A stretch of DNA of 64,000 nt from Verrucomicrobiota bacterium (GTDB lineage: Bacteria > Verrucomicrobiota > Kiritimatiellia > JAHIZV01), in the NCBI GenBank assembly GCA_018814445.1, contig JAHIZV010000139.1:4342-68341 (forward strand), given 5' to 3'. The translations under genes and the position numbers were made by a program. Positions 1 to 9,892 of this stretch are shown here, piece by piece; position 1 is the first letter of the stretch; the number at the start of each line of letters is the position of its first letter. The notes below the pieces were generated by a model, which searched no databases, was not told the origin of the DNA, and was given only the letters and a program-made list of their open reading frames with translations.

Positions 1-339
1 GCAATAGGCGATGGGGTGGCTATTCCGCATGTGCGCAATCCGGTCGTCCTGCATATCCCCTGCCCGATGATCGCACTCTGTTTTCTGGAGAACGCCATCG
101 ACTTTCAGGCGCTGGACGGCAAGCTGGTGCATACCGTTTTCGTTATCGTCAGCCCGACCATCACCGCACATTTGAATCTGCTGTCCCGACTTGCGTTTGC
201 ACTTCGGCAACCTGAATTCACCGACGTCATCACGCGCCCGGCATCCAGAGAGGAGATCATCGCGAGCGCGCAACATATCGATCGCCTCATCGCAAGCCGA
301 AACGCCAACACTGCCGGAGATGGAGGCGACCGCAAATGA
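1..339 (+). CDS. PTS IIA (PtsN/fructose-type EIIA domain) protein, 5' end outside window
   Basis: Frame +1 is open from base 1: AIGDGVAIPHVR (phospho-His motif) and HLNLLSRLA; the stop overlaps the next ATG. Confidence 0.85.
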   Translation, partial: AIGDGVAIPHVRNPVVLHIPCPMIALCFLENAIDFQALDGKLVHTVFVIVSPTITAHLNLLSRLAFALRQPEFTDVITRPASREEIIASAQHIDRLIASRNANTAGDGGDRK

Positions 340-2331
340 TCGGCGTCGAACTCGCGTTGCTGATCCTGATCGCCGGGGCTTTTCTGTGCCTGGCGACGCT
401 CGGACGGCCCGCCTGGGCGCGCGTGGTAGGTCCGACCGTCGCCGTTCTGGGTTGCGCCGCCGGCCTGATTCCCTCTGCCACCGTCCTGATCGGAGCTGCG
501 CCAATCAGCCTGCGCCTGCCCTGGCTCATCCCGCTCGGTTCGCTGTCTCTGGAAATGGACGCGTTATCCGCCGTGTTCGCCGTGCCGATATTGCTGATCA
601 CGGCATTGGCGGCGGTCTATGGCGCGGAGTATCTCCGACCCTATGAAGGGAAGAAAGAAACGTCGGCCTCATGGTTCTTCTTCAATATGCTCACCGCCAG
701 CATGCTGCTCGTGGTTCTGGCGCGCAACGCATTGCTTTTTCTCCTGGCGTGGGAGATCATGTCACTCGCTTCCTTCTTCCTGGTCATGTTCGAGCATGAG
801 AAGGAAAGCGTCCAGCGTGCGGGATGGGTCTACCTCATCGCGACGCATATCGGTACCGCCTTTATCCTGGTGCTGTTTGTCCTGCTGGGCCGCCAGAGCG
901 GAACGCTGGATTTCGTTGGATTCTCTCTGACGCAGGCGGCCCCCGCCCTGGCGGCAACGATCTTCATACTGGCGACGATTGGTTTCGGCACGAAGGCCGG
1001 CTTCATTCCCGTACACGTCTGGCTTCCTGAAGCCCATCCCGCCGCGCCTTCGCATGTGTCGGCAGTTATGAGCGGCGTGATGATCAAGACCGGAGTGTAC
1101 GGGCTTGTTCGCGTGCTGACCTTTCTCGGAACACCACCGTACTGGTTTGGTTGGACGCTCGTCGGCGTCGGCGCCGTATCGGGGATACTCGGTGTGCTGT
1201 TCGCACTCGCGCAGCATGACCTTAAACGCCTGCTCGCCTATTCCAGCGTGGAGAACATCGGGATTATCGCACTGGGCCTGGGCATCGGTCTACTGGGCGT
1301 CAGCTGCGACAGCCCCATCATGGCGACGCTCGGATTCGCGGGAGCCCTTCTGCATGTGATCAATCACGCGATATTCAAGAGCCTGCTCTTTCTCGGCGCG
1401 GGCTCGGTCTTGCATGCCTGCGGGACGCGGGACATGAACCGTCTGGGCGGCCTACTGAGGCGCATGCGTGTGACGGGATTGATCATTCTTGTGGGATCAG
1501 CGGCCATCTGCGGACTTCCACCCCTGAACGGTTTCGTCAGCGAGTTCATGATCTATTTTGGTGCGCTCACCGGACTCGCGACTACGCCCGACGGCGCTAT
1601 GGGGGGGGCTGGCCGCCGCCCTCATCGTCGCAACGGGCTCACTCGCACTGATCGGGGGTTTGGCCGTGGTCTGCTTCACCAAGGCATTCGGCATGGTCTT
1701 CCTCGGCGAACAGCGCAGCGCCCATACCACCCACGCGCACGAGGCGGGGCCCGCCATGCAAGTGCCCATGGCCATTCTGGCAGTACTGTGTGTCGTCATC
1801 GGTCTCTCCGGTCCGCTCCTTTTGCCTCTCATTCAGCCTGCTGTATCGGTCGTGGCGGGCATGTCATCGGGTGTTGCTCTAAATACGGCGTGGATCGGTC
1901 GCGCGCTGTGGATGCTCGCTTCAATCGCAGTCGGAGCAGTGGTCCTGGCGACACTCCTCGCGTTCTTGCGTGCCCGTCTGCTGAGGGGCCGGAGTGTGAA
2001 CACGACCGTCACGTGGGATTGCGGCTACGCCGCGCCATCGCCTCGCATGCAGTACAGCGCTTCCTCCTTCGCGGATCCCGTCACGCGCATGTTCAGGGCA
2101 TTCCTGCGGACAAGCTACCGTCATACGCCGCCATCCGGACTCTTCCCCGAGTCGGCATCCTTCGCAAGCCACACACCCGATGTGCTTCACGATAGGATGT
2201 ATCGACCGGTCTTCTCGCTGCTCGCTAAGTCCCTGGCCCGCTTTCGTTGGCTGCAACACGGTCGCGTCAATCTCTATGTCCTCTACATCATGCTGGCCCT
2301 GCTGGGTCTGCTAGCGTGGAAGCTGATGTGA
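336..2331 (+). pseudogene. hyfB: HyfB/NuoL-like antiporter subunit of the Ehr complex, split by a one-base frameshift at the G8 tract 1601-1608 (real or sequencing error)
   Basis: ORF 336 carries FLLAWEIMS, KAGFIPVHVWLPEAHPAAPS and LKRLLAYSSVEN. The hydrophobic C-terminal half (CFTKAFG, TWDCGY, QHGRVNLY) lies in ORF 1558..2331. Removing one G joins them as ...GAMGGLAAAL... Confidence 0.85.
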
Positions 2332-2335
2332 AAAG

Positions 2336-3262
2336 ATGAAAACGCTCCTTCTGCATGCATTCATGTTGTTCTCGGGATTAATCGCCGCACCTTTCCTTCT
2401 CGGCGTTATCAACCGTACGAAAGCCCTGTTCGCCGGCCGTAAAGGTGCGCCGCTATTCCAACTTTACTTCGACATGGCTAAACTGCTGCGCAAAGGCGTT
2501 ACGTACAGCCGCACTACAACGTGGATATTCCGGGCGGCGCCGGTGATCGGCCTCTCCGCCGTAATGACAGCCATGACGCTCATGCCGCTCGCACGCATGT
2601 CCGCCCCGCTTTCTTTTCCGGGGGACCTCGTCCTCTTCGCGTATTGCCTCGGACTGATGCGCTTTGTCACGGTCCTCGCCGCGCTGGACACGGGTTCCAG
2701 TTTCGAAGGCATGGGCGCGAGCCGCGAAGTTCAATTTTCGGCCCTCGCCGAACCGGTCCTCATCATCGCGATCGCCGCGCTGGTCTGCGCCGCCGGCTCG
2801 CCTTCGCTGACGGCGATATTCGCGGCCATGACCCGCGCAACATGGCAGGCTCTGGGCCCCGCTCTCGTCCTGATCGTGGCAGCACTGCTGGTGATCTTTC
2901 TGGTCGAGAACGCACGCATTCCTGTCGACGATCCGAATACGCACCTCGAACTCACGATGATTCATGAGGTGATGGTGCTGGATTACTCCGGCCCGGACCT
3001 GGCGTTCATTCTCTATGCGGCGTCACTGAAGCTCTGGGTGCTCGGAACGCTGATCGTGAATATCGCCATCTCCTTCCTGGACCTGCACGGTTTCTTCACA
3101 CCGCTCGCTTTTACTGCAGGCATGTTAGTCCTTGCTGTCCTTGTCGGCATCATCGAGTCGATCATGGCCCGCCTGAGTCTTCTCAAAGTCCCCCGTTTGC
3201 TGATGGGCGCGCTGGTACTGGCGGTGCTGGCGTTTGCTTTCATCGCGAGGTTCACGTCATGA
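2336..3262 (+). CDS. hyfC: HyfC/HycD (NuoH-like) membrane subunit
   Basis: GRKGAPLFQLYFD, GSSFEGMGASRE, ENARIPVDDP, HLELTMIHE motifs. Confidence 0.9.
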   Translation: MKTLLLHAFMLFSGLIAAPFLLGVINRTKALFAGRKGAPLFQLYFDMAKLLRKGVTYSRTTTWIFRAAPVIGLSAVMTAMTLMPLARMSAPLSFPGDLVLFAYCLGLMRFVTVLAALDTGSSFEGMGASREVQFSALAEPVLIIAIAALVCAAGSPSLTAIFAAMTRATWQALGPALVLIVAALLVIFLVENARIPVDDPNTHLELTMIHEVMVLDYSGPDLAFILYAASLKLWVLGTLIVNIAISFLDLHGFFTPLAFTAGMLVLAVLVGIIESIMARLSLLKVPRLLMGALVLAVLAFAFIARFTS

Positions 3263-3903
3263 CCGCTCTTCAGGATACCGTGCTTGTCCTGCTCGTCCTC
3301 TCCAGCTTCGCCTTGCTGGGAGCCAGCAGGCTGGGCGCGTGTATCCGCTTCGTCGCGCTCCAAGGCATCGTGACGGGTCTGCTTCCTATCGCTGTAAGTG
3401 GACACGGCCCGACTCCGCGCGTTGCCGTGATCGGCGCCACCGTGATCCTCATCAAGGGATTCTTTTTTCCTCACCTTCTAACCCGCGCGATGCGAGAAGC
3501 CCAGACTCGCCGCGAATTACAGCCTTTTGTCGGATACGTGACGTCGCTGGCCTTCGGCGTGCTCGCGCTGATCGGTTCGTTCTGGCTGGATAGCCGACTC
3601 AATCTGCCCATTCATGGAGCGTCTGATCTGGTCGTACCGGTAGCGCTCGCGACGATGATTATCGGTCTGTTTCTTATTGTCAGCCGACGGATTGCCGTCA
3701 GCCAGGTCATCGGTTTCCTCGTGCTCGAAAATGGAATATACGCCTTCGGAGTAGCGATCGTGCGGGATGTGCCCGCACTGATTGAACTGGGTATTCTAAT
3801 GGACGTCTTTGTGGCGGTGTTCGTCATGGGCATCGCCATCTATCACATTAACCGCGAATTTGATCACATCGATACCGATCGACTCACGATGTTGAAGGGC
3901 TGA
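3259..3903 (+). CDS. hyfE: HyfE-like membrane subunit
   Basis: Hydrophobic; QVIGFLVLENG and ELGILMDV motifs; operon position. Confidence 0.85.
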   Translation: MTALQDTVLVLLVLSSFALLGASRLGACIRFVALQGIVTGLLPIAVSGHGPTPRVAVIGATVILIKGFFFPHLLTRAMREAQTRRELQPFVGYVTSLAFGVLALIGSFWLDSRLNLPIHGASDLVVPVALATMIIGLFLIVSRRIAVSQVIGFLVLENGIYAFGVAIVRDVPALIELGILMDVFVAVFVMGIAIYHINREFDHIDTDRLTMLKG

Positions 3904-5388
3904 ATGATGCATACAGGATGGATACTGCCGGCGATGGTCCTGGCGCCGGTGCTGCTCGCCTTGATCAGCCTGCTGCTGCATTCGCCGCGCGCGATTCTGC
4001 GGCTGAGCGCTTTCGGGACGCTAAGCACGGCGGCACTTTCGGGTTTCGCCGTTTGGCGGGTCTTCAGGCAGGGCCCAATGTTCGCCGCCGGTCATTGGTT
4101 CATGCTGGATGCCCTGTCGGCATACCATGTAGCCGTGATGATGACCGTCTTCTCCGTTGCATCCCTCTTCGGTATCAGCTACTTCCGCGAGGAAACAGCC
4201 GACGGACGCTTTGGTCGTCGACAGTCTCGACGCTACGGCAGTCTCTGGTTCGGCTCGCTGGCCGCCATGATGCTCGTCCTTGTTTCAAATAACCTTGGTA
4301 TCATGTGGATTGGCATCGAGGCCACCACCCTGCTGACCGCTTTTCTGATCTGCGTCCACGTGGCGCCGGCCGCGCTTGAGGCTATGTGGAAGTACCTGCT
4401 CATGTGCTCGGTCGGCGTCGCACTCGCGTTCACAGGAACCTTGCTGACGGCGGCATCGGCCGAACACGCCTCGCTGCACGGCACCGACGTACTGCTTTGG
4501 ACCAACCTGCGTGACGCGGCCCAGTTCCTGAATCCCGCCCTGTTGAAAGCCGGCTTCATCTTTCTGGTCGTCGGCTATGGCACGAAGGCGGGCCTTGCTC
4601 CCATGCACAACTGGTTGCCCGACGCGCACAGTCAGGCCCCCGCGCCGGTTTCAGCCATCTTCTCGGGTTTCCTGCTCAACGCGGCTCTGTATTGCATTCT
4701 GCGCTTCCTCCCCCTGGTCGAAGCAGCCACTGGCCATACCGGCTGGGGCCGAAGTATTCTGGTGGTATTCGGTCTGTTGTCGGTTCTTATGGCGTCAGCA
4801 TTCATCGTGACTCAGTGCGACGTGAAACGTCTGCTTGCCTATTCCAGCGTGGAGCATATCGGCGTCATGACACTCGGTTTCGGCATCGGCGGTCTCGGCA
4901 CACTCGCAGCACTCTTTCACATGCTGAGCCACTCACTGTGCAAGACGCTTGCATTCTGCTGTGCGGGACGACTGGGCCAGGTGTTCGGAACGCACGATAT
5001 GCGACGCATAACACGCGTCTTGTCTATCGCGCCAATGTGGGGCGCCGGACTGTTGGGAGGTCTCCTCGTCCTGATCGGCTCCGCTCCTCTGGCCCTGTTT
5101 ACCAGCGAGTTCCTCATCCTCAAGGCAGCCATGGACCGCGGCTCATATGTCGTCGGCGGTCTCTTTCTCGTCGGTCTGGCCGTTGTCTTCGTCGCCGTCC
5201 TCCGCCGCATGATCGCAATGGCATGCAGCCCCGCCGCTGACCGAACATCGCCCTTGCAGACGCACCGCGCTGAATCCCTGCTGATACTCACTTCGTTGAT
5301 CGCGATGCTCGTTCTCGGCCTCTTCTGGCCTCCGCCTCTCATGCGCGCTCTTGCCGCCGCCGCGAACATCCTCGGAGGCGCATTATGA
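3904..5388 (+). CDS. hyfF: HyfF-like (NuoM/N family) proton-translocating subunit
   Basis: WIGIEATT, EAMWKY, GYGTKAGLAPMHNWLPDAHSQAP, KRLLAYSSVEH. Confidence 0.9.
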   Translation: MMHTGWILPAMVLAPVLLALISLLLHSPRAILRLSAFGTLSTAALSGFAVWRVFRQGPMFAAGHWFMLDALSAYHVAVMMTVFSVASLFGISYFREETADGRFGRRQSRRYGSLWFGSLAAMMLVLVSNNLGIMWIGIEATTLLTAFLICVHVAPAALEAMWKYLLMCSVGVALAFTGTLLTAASAEHASLHGTDVLLWTNLRDAAQFLNPALLKAGFIFLVVGYGTKAGLAPMHNWLPDAHSQAPAPVSAIFSGFLLNAALYCILRFLPLVEAATGHTGWGRSILVVFGLLSVLMASAFIVTQCDVKRLLAYSSVEHIGVMTLGFGIGGLGTLAALFHMLSHSLCKTLAFCCAGRLGQVFGTHDMRRITRVLSIAPMWGAGLLGGLLVLIGSAPLALFTSEFLILKAAMDRGSYVVGGLFLVGLAVVFVAVLRRMIAMACSPAADRTSPLQTHRAESLLILTSLIAMLVLGLFWPPPLMRALAAAANILGGAL

Positions 5389-6887
5389 CCATCGACCGCA
5401 CCCTCCCCAATGGCGGCAGCATCCCGCTTGACTCGACACCCGATCTCGCCGCACCCGAGTTCCGCCGCCGAGTCCTGGAGGGCGTGACGAACGGCGCTCG
5501 AATCGCCGCTCTCTTCGGTTGCCCGGAAGGCGACTCCGTGCGTCTCTTTTCAATTCTCGCATGGGAGGACACAGGATTGCTGTCGGTCCTTTCCACTACA
5601 GTCAAAGACCGCTATCCGTCGTTGACGCCGGATTGCCCGCAGGCACATCTTTTCGAGCGCGAACTCGCCGAGCAGTGGAGGATCACACCCGAAGGCCATC
5701 CGTGGCTCAAACCGGTTCGGTTCCAAACACCCATGCGCGGCAAATCCAACGAGCCTCTGCCCACCCAGTGCGGAGTCGCGGATTTCTTTCAAATGACCGG
5801 TGAAGAGGTCCACGAAGTGGCCGTCGGGCCCGTGCATGCCGGCATCATTGAGCCGGGCCATTTCCGCTTTCAGTGCCATGGCGAGACAGTTCACCACTTG
5901 GAAATATCCCTTGGCTATCAACACCGCGGCATAGAAAAGGCGCTGGCCGGAGGTCCCGACAAAAGAACGCTGCACTACATGGAGACACTTGCCGGCGATA
6001 CGACCATTGGCCACACAACGGCCTATTGTCGAACGATCGAGGCACTGACCAAATCCCGTGTCCCAGCGCGCGCACAGGTCGTTCGAGGCATCGCTCTCGA
6101 ACTTGAACGCATAGCAAATCACATCGGGGATCTCGGCGCCCTTGCCGGCGACATTGGATTTCTGCCGACCATGTCCTATTGCGGGCGGATTCGCGGCGAT
6201 GTGCTTAATCTGACCGCGCTGCTTTGCGGCAACCGTTTCGGCCGCCGACTCATCGAACCCGGAGGAACAGGCTACGATTTGACCGAAGACAGCCTGGCGC
6301 AACTTCGAGACCGGTTGAAGACCGCCATAACGGATGCCGAACAGGCGATCAGTCTCTTGTGGAAGACGCCATCCGTCCTGGCACGGTTTGAAGGCGCGGG
6401 CCCGATCAGCCGTAAGACCGCCGAGGAAATAGGACTGGTCGGCGTCTCCGCGCGCGCCTGTGGCCTGGAACGGGATGTCCGTCGCGATTTCCCCTACGGC
6501 ATCTTCCAGATGGCTCACATCCCGATCGTCACATGGCACACCGGCGATGTGTTTGCCCGCGCCTTCGTCCGCTGGCTGGAGATTGAGCGCTCCGCCATGT
6601 TCATCCTCGACCAGTTAGAATCTCTCCCCGCACGACCTCCGGCTGCGCCCTTCACCAGACAGATGTCCTCGCGGCATCTCGCCCTGGCCCTGGTAGAAGG
6701 CTGGCGCGGCGAAATCTGCCATGTGGCCGTCACAAATGAGGCCGGCCGGTTCGCATGCTATAAGATCGTGGATCCATCGTTCCATAATTGGTTCGGCCTT
6801 GCGCTCGCGCTGCGGGAGCAGCAGATATCCGATTTCCCGCTCTGCAACAAGAGCTTCAATCTCTCCTATTGCGGTCACGATCTGTAG
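5385..6887 (+). CDS. Ehr large subunit (fused NuoC/NuoD, HyfG/HycE-like) lacking NiFe-binding CxxC motifs
   Basis: GPVHAGIIEPGHFRF, LGYQHRGIEK, VEGWRGE, DPSFHNW; ends SFNLSYCGHDL. Confidence 0.9.
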   Translation: MTIDRTLPNGGSIPLDSTPDLAAPEFRRRVLEGVTNGARIAALFGCPEGDSVRLFSILAWEDTGLLSVLSTTVKDRYPSLTPDCPQAHLFERELAEQWRITPEGHPWLKPVRFQTPMRGKSNEPLPTQCGVADFFQMTGEEVHEVAVGPVHAGIIEPGHFRFQCHGETVHHLEISLGYQHRGIEKALAGGPDKRTLHYMETLAGDTTIGHTTAYCRTIEALTKSRVPARAQVVRGIALELERIANHIGDLGALAGDIGFLPTMSYCGRIRGDVLNLTALLCGNRFGRRLIEPGGTGYDLTEDSLAQLRDRLKTAITDAEQAISLLWKTPSVLARFEGAGPISRKTAEEIGLVGVSARACGLERDVRRDFPYGIFQMAHIPIVTWHTGDVFARAFVRWLEIERSAMFILDQLESLPARPPAAPFTRQMSSRHLALALVEGWRGEICHVAVTNEAGRFACYKIVDPSFHNWFGLALALREQQISDFPLCNKSFNLSYCGHDL

Positions 6888-6898
6888 AGGAACACCCG

Positions 6899-7669
6899 AT
6901 GATCGAGATACTCAAAGTCAGACTGAAACAGGGATGCAGGACTATGTCCTATCCGGCGGGTCCAGCACCGGAAATGCCCCCGCATTTTACAGGCAGGCCG
7001 GTCATCCACCCAGAATCCTGCGGCGAAGACTGCCGCGAATGCATAGAGGTATGCCCTTCCGATGCGATCAGTGTGACCGGATCAGAAGTGCGGATCGATA
7101 CCGGCCGGTGTATCTTCTGCGCAAAGTGTCGTCAGGTATGTCCTGAACAGATTATTGACTTCAGTCCCGATTTCCGGCTCGCTGCGGCTCGACGCGAAGA
7201 CCTCGTTCTGGGTTCCGGCGACGACCCCGTCCCATCCGCATCCAGCGCCGTGGCGAAGAAGCTCTTCGGCCGATCCCTCAAACTCCGGCAGGTTAGCGCC
7301 GGAGGTTGCAACGCCTGTGAGGCGGACACCAATGTACTCAACACACTCGCGTGGGATCTCGGACGTTTCGGCATTCAGTTCGTGGCCTCTCCACGCCATG
7401 CCGACGGCCTTCTCGTCACCGGACCGGTCACAAACCACATGGAACTCGCCTTGAAGAAGACCTACGAGGCGCTGCCCGACCCGAAAATCGTCATCGCCGT
7501 TGGAGCCTGCGCCGCCTCGGGCGGAATCTTTCGCACACACCCGGAGTCGAGCAAAGTCCTCGCCGATATCATCCCCGTCGACTTGTTCATCCCGGGGTGT
7601 CCACCCCATCCGGCCACAATACTCGACGGGTTGCTGCGGTTGGTCGGCCGAATAGATGAGAAAGAGTAG
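6899..7669 (+). CDS. Ehr small subunit: 2x[4Fe-4S] ferredoxin fused to a NuoB/HyfI-like domain
   Basis: CGEDCRECIEVCP and CIFCAKCRQVCP; SAGGCNACE, SPRHAD, GACA, IPGCPP; ATG at 6899 after GAGGA. Confidence 0.9.
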   Translation: MIEILKVRLKQGCRTMSYPAGPAPEMPPHFTGRPVIHPESCGEDCRECIEVCPSDAISVTGSEVRIDTGRCIFCAKCRQVCPEQIIDFSPDFRLAAARREDLVLGSGDDPVPSASSAVAKKLFGRSLKLRQVSAGGCNACEADTNVLNTLAWDLGRFGIQFVASPRHADGLLVTGPVTNHMELALKKTYEALPDPKIVIAVGACAASGGIFRTHPESSKVLADIIPVDLFIPGCPPHPATILDGLLRLVGRIDEKE

Positions 7670-7768
7670 GTCTCGCGGCTGGCCCGCATGTTGCACCGGC
7701 GTGTGTCGATCCGCGAAGCATACGCTCAGATACCCATGACCTCCGGGCTTGATCTCGGTCTTGTGGAA

Positions 7769-8209
7769 TCAGGTCGCGATCTTATCGATGGCTTTACTGA
7801 TCGCATGCCATGACATGGTCGCACATTTGATCCTGAGCGGATAGCGGCGGACGCCCTCCAGAGAGGCCATGTCGCCCAACTCCGCCAGGTCTGAATCCTT
7901 CTCGCCGCGCATCACGGCCACGAAATCGGCGATGATCTGCCTGGCCTCGTCCACGGGCTTGCCAACGACCGCTTCGGCCATCATCGACGCCGATGCCATG
8001 CTGATGGCGCAGCCGTGGCCATCGTAGCGGATATCTTTGACTACACCGTCGGCAACCACGGCCGTCATCCGGATCTGGTCGCCGCACGTCGGATTATACT
8101 CGTCCACCAGAACTTCGTCGTCATTCAGTTCAGAGAAGTGGCGCGGGTTCTTGAAGTGATCAAGGATGATCTCCTGGTAGAGTTCATCCATATCTGCATT
8201 GCTGCTCAT
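7769..8209 (-). CDS. sufU: SUF system NifU-family scaffold/sulfur acceptor
   Basis: LYQEIILDH, NPTCGD, GCAISMAS, RIKCA. Confidence 0.92.
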   Translation of the reverse strand: MSSNADMDELYQEIILDHFKNPRHFSELNDDEVLVDEYNPTCGDQIRMTAVVADGVVKDIRYDGHGCAISMASASMMAEAVVGKPVDEARQIIADFVAVMRGEKDSDLAELGDMASLEGVRRYPLRIKCATMSWHAISKAIDKIAT

Positions 8210-9474
8210 ACCTTAAAGAAATCCTTTGCTTTTCCAATCGCGTAGACCAACTGGTCAACGTCCTCTTCCACGTTATACAGATACACGCTCGCCCGGCTCA
8301 CGGCGCCGACTCCTAACCGCTTCATCAACGGTTGAGCGCACATATGTCCGGCCCGTATTGCGACGCCCTCACGGTCGACAAGCTGCGAAAGATCATGTGG
8401 ATGAATGCCGGCCACTTCAAACGAAATCGCCCCGCCCCGCTCGGGCGCCTTGCCGAATATCTTAATGCCCTCTATCGCCGAAAGTTTTTCGATGGTGTAC
8501 GCCGTCAACCGCCGATCGTGTTCGAGAATCTTGTCCATACCCAGGTTCGCCAGGAAGTCGACGGCCACACCCAATCCAACAGCCCCGGAGATGTTGGGTG
8601 TTCCCGCCTCGAATTTGTGAGGAACCTCCGCCCAGGTCGCGTCATCAAGACTAACGCGATTGATCATCTCTCCTCCACCCATGAAAGGATCCATGTCCTC
8701 CAGAAGCTCGCGTCTTGCATAAAGAGCGCCTATGCCTGTCGGCGCGCACATCTTGTGACCGGAGAAAGCAAAGAAATCCACTCCCAGGTCCTGCACGTCA
8801 ATCGGCATATGGGGAGCGCTTTGCGCTCCGTCCACCAGCACTCGCGCCCCCGCAGCCCGAGCGGCGTCCGCAAGTTCCTTGACAGGATTAATGGTTCCCA
8901 GCACGTTCGACATATGCGTTACGGCGAACAGTTTCACCTTTGAAGACAGGCTTCTATGAAAAGCCTCGATATCAAGGGATCCGTCGTCGAGCACAGGAAC
9001 GTAGACGAGTTTCGCCCCTTTTTCCCGCGCGAGAATCTGCCAGGGGATGATGTTGCTGTGGTGCTCCATTTCCGTGAGCAGAATCACGTCGCCCTCTTCT
9101 ATGAACTTCCTCCCCCACGCATAAGCAACGAGATTGATACTTTCTGTCGTGCCGCGCGTGAAGACTACAGACTCCTCCTGCCCGGCGCCAATGAAGCGCG
9201 CCACTTTCCTGCGCGATTCGTCATATTGCTCCGTCGCCCTTTCCGCGAGTTCATGCAGGGCGCGATGCACGTTTGAATTACAGAATTCATAGTACTCGCA
9301 AAGGGCGCATATGACCGGTTGCGGCTTCTGTGTCGTCGCCGCGTTGTCGAGATAGGCGAGGCGCTTGTCCCCGTGAATCTTCTGGGCCAGTATGGGAAAC
9401 TGAAACCGCAGCATGGCCGGATCAAAACCAGGCCCGCGGAGGATGTCGTCCCCTGTGACAGGCGTCGTGGTCAT
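8206..9474 (-). CDS. sufS: Cysteine desulfurase SufS
   Basis: YLDNAATTQKP, EHHSN, SGHKM (PLP lysine), RAGHMCAQP. Confidence 0.95.
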   Translation of the reverse strand: MTTTPVTGDDILRGPGFDPAMLRFQFPILAQKIHGDKRLAYLDNAATTQKPQPVICALCEYYEFCNSNVHRALHELAERATEQYDESRRKVARFIGAGQEESVVFTRGTTESINLVAYAWGRKFIEEGDVILLTEMEHHSNIIPWQILAREKGAKLVYVPVLDDGSLDIEAFHRSLSSKVKLFAVTHMSNVLGTINPVKELADAARAAGARVLVDGAQSAPHMPIDVQDLGVDFFAFSGHKMCAPTGIGALYARRELLEDMDPFMGGGEMINRVSLDDATWAEVPHKFEAGTPNISGAVGLGVAVDFLANLGMDKILEHDRRLTAYTIEKLSAIEGIKIFGKAPERGGAISFEVAGIHPHDLSQLVDREGVAIRAGHMCAQPLMKRLGVGAVSRASVYLYNVEEDVDQLVYAIGKAKDFFKV

Positions 9475-9491
9475 AGACGCCCTGCCCGTTT

Positions 9492-9526
9492 GGTGTTCGA
9501 TGTTCCATGTTCGATGTTCGATGTTC
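9492..9526. repeat. Heptamer tandem array (GATGTTC)x5, degenerate
   Basis: ggtgttc gatgttc catgttc gatgttc gatgttc between sufS and the Rieske gene. Confidence 0.9.
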
Positions 9527-9529
9527 TTC

Positions 9530-9856
9530 TCACGCTTTCACCAGAATCTTCTCGCCTTCGATTTTCACTTTGAACGTCGGGATCGGCTTTGTGGCCGGCA
9601 GACTCAACTGTTGACCGTTTCGAATATCAAAACGCGCGCCGTGAAACGGACAGGTCAACTCACATCCTGCCAGATCGCCGCTGATCAGAGACATTCGCTG
9701 ATGACTGCACCAGGCGCTCACTGCGTGAAACTGACCATCGACCTTGAAAAGCCCAATCTGCTTCTCTCCGCCCAGATCCACCAGCTTCCGATCCGTTTCC
9801 TCAAACTCGCCGACCGTGGCGACCTCATGCCACTCCTTGCTGTCAAACAGTCCCAT
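9530..9856 (-). CDS. Rieske [2Fe-2S] ferredoxin
   Basis: CSH...CPFHG Rieske motifs. Confidence 0.92.
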   Translation of the reverse strand: MGLFDSKEWHEVATVGEFEETDRKLVDLGGEKQIGLFKVDGQFHAVSAWCSHQRMSLISGDLAGCELTCPFHGARFDIRNGQQLSLPATKPIPTFKVKIEGEKILVKA

Positions 9857-9892
9857 CGTTATCTCCTGCTCCCTTTTTCCCTCGCTGCGAAG

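Noticed and set aside
1609..2195. C-terminal third of the 619-aa ORF 336..2195
   Set aside because: Out-of-frame, Arg/His-rich read-through after the G8 tract; the true HyfB sequence is in the 1558 frame
5385..6887. Calling the complex a NiFe hydrogenase-4
   Set aside because: Both Ni-binding CxxC motifs are absent
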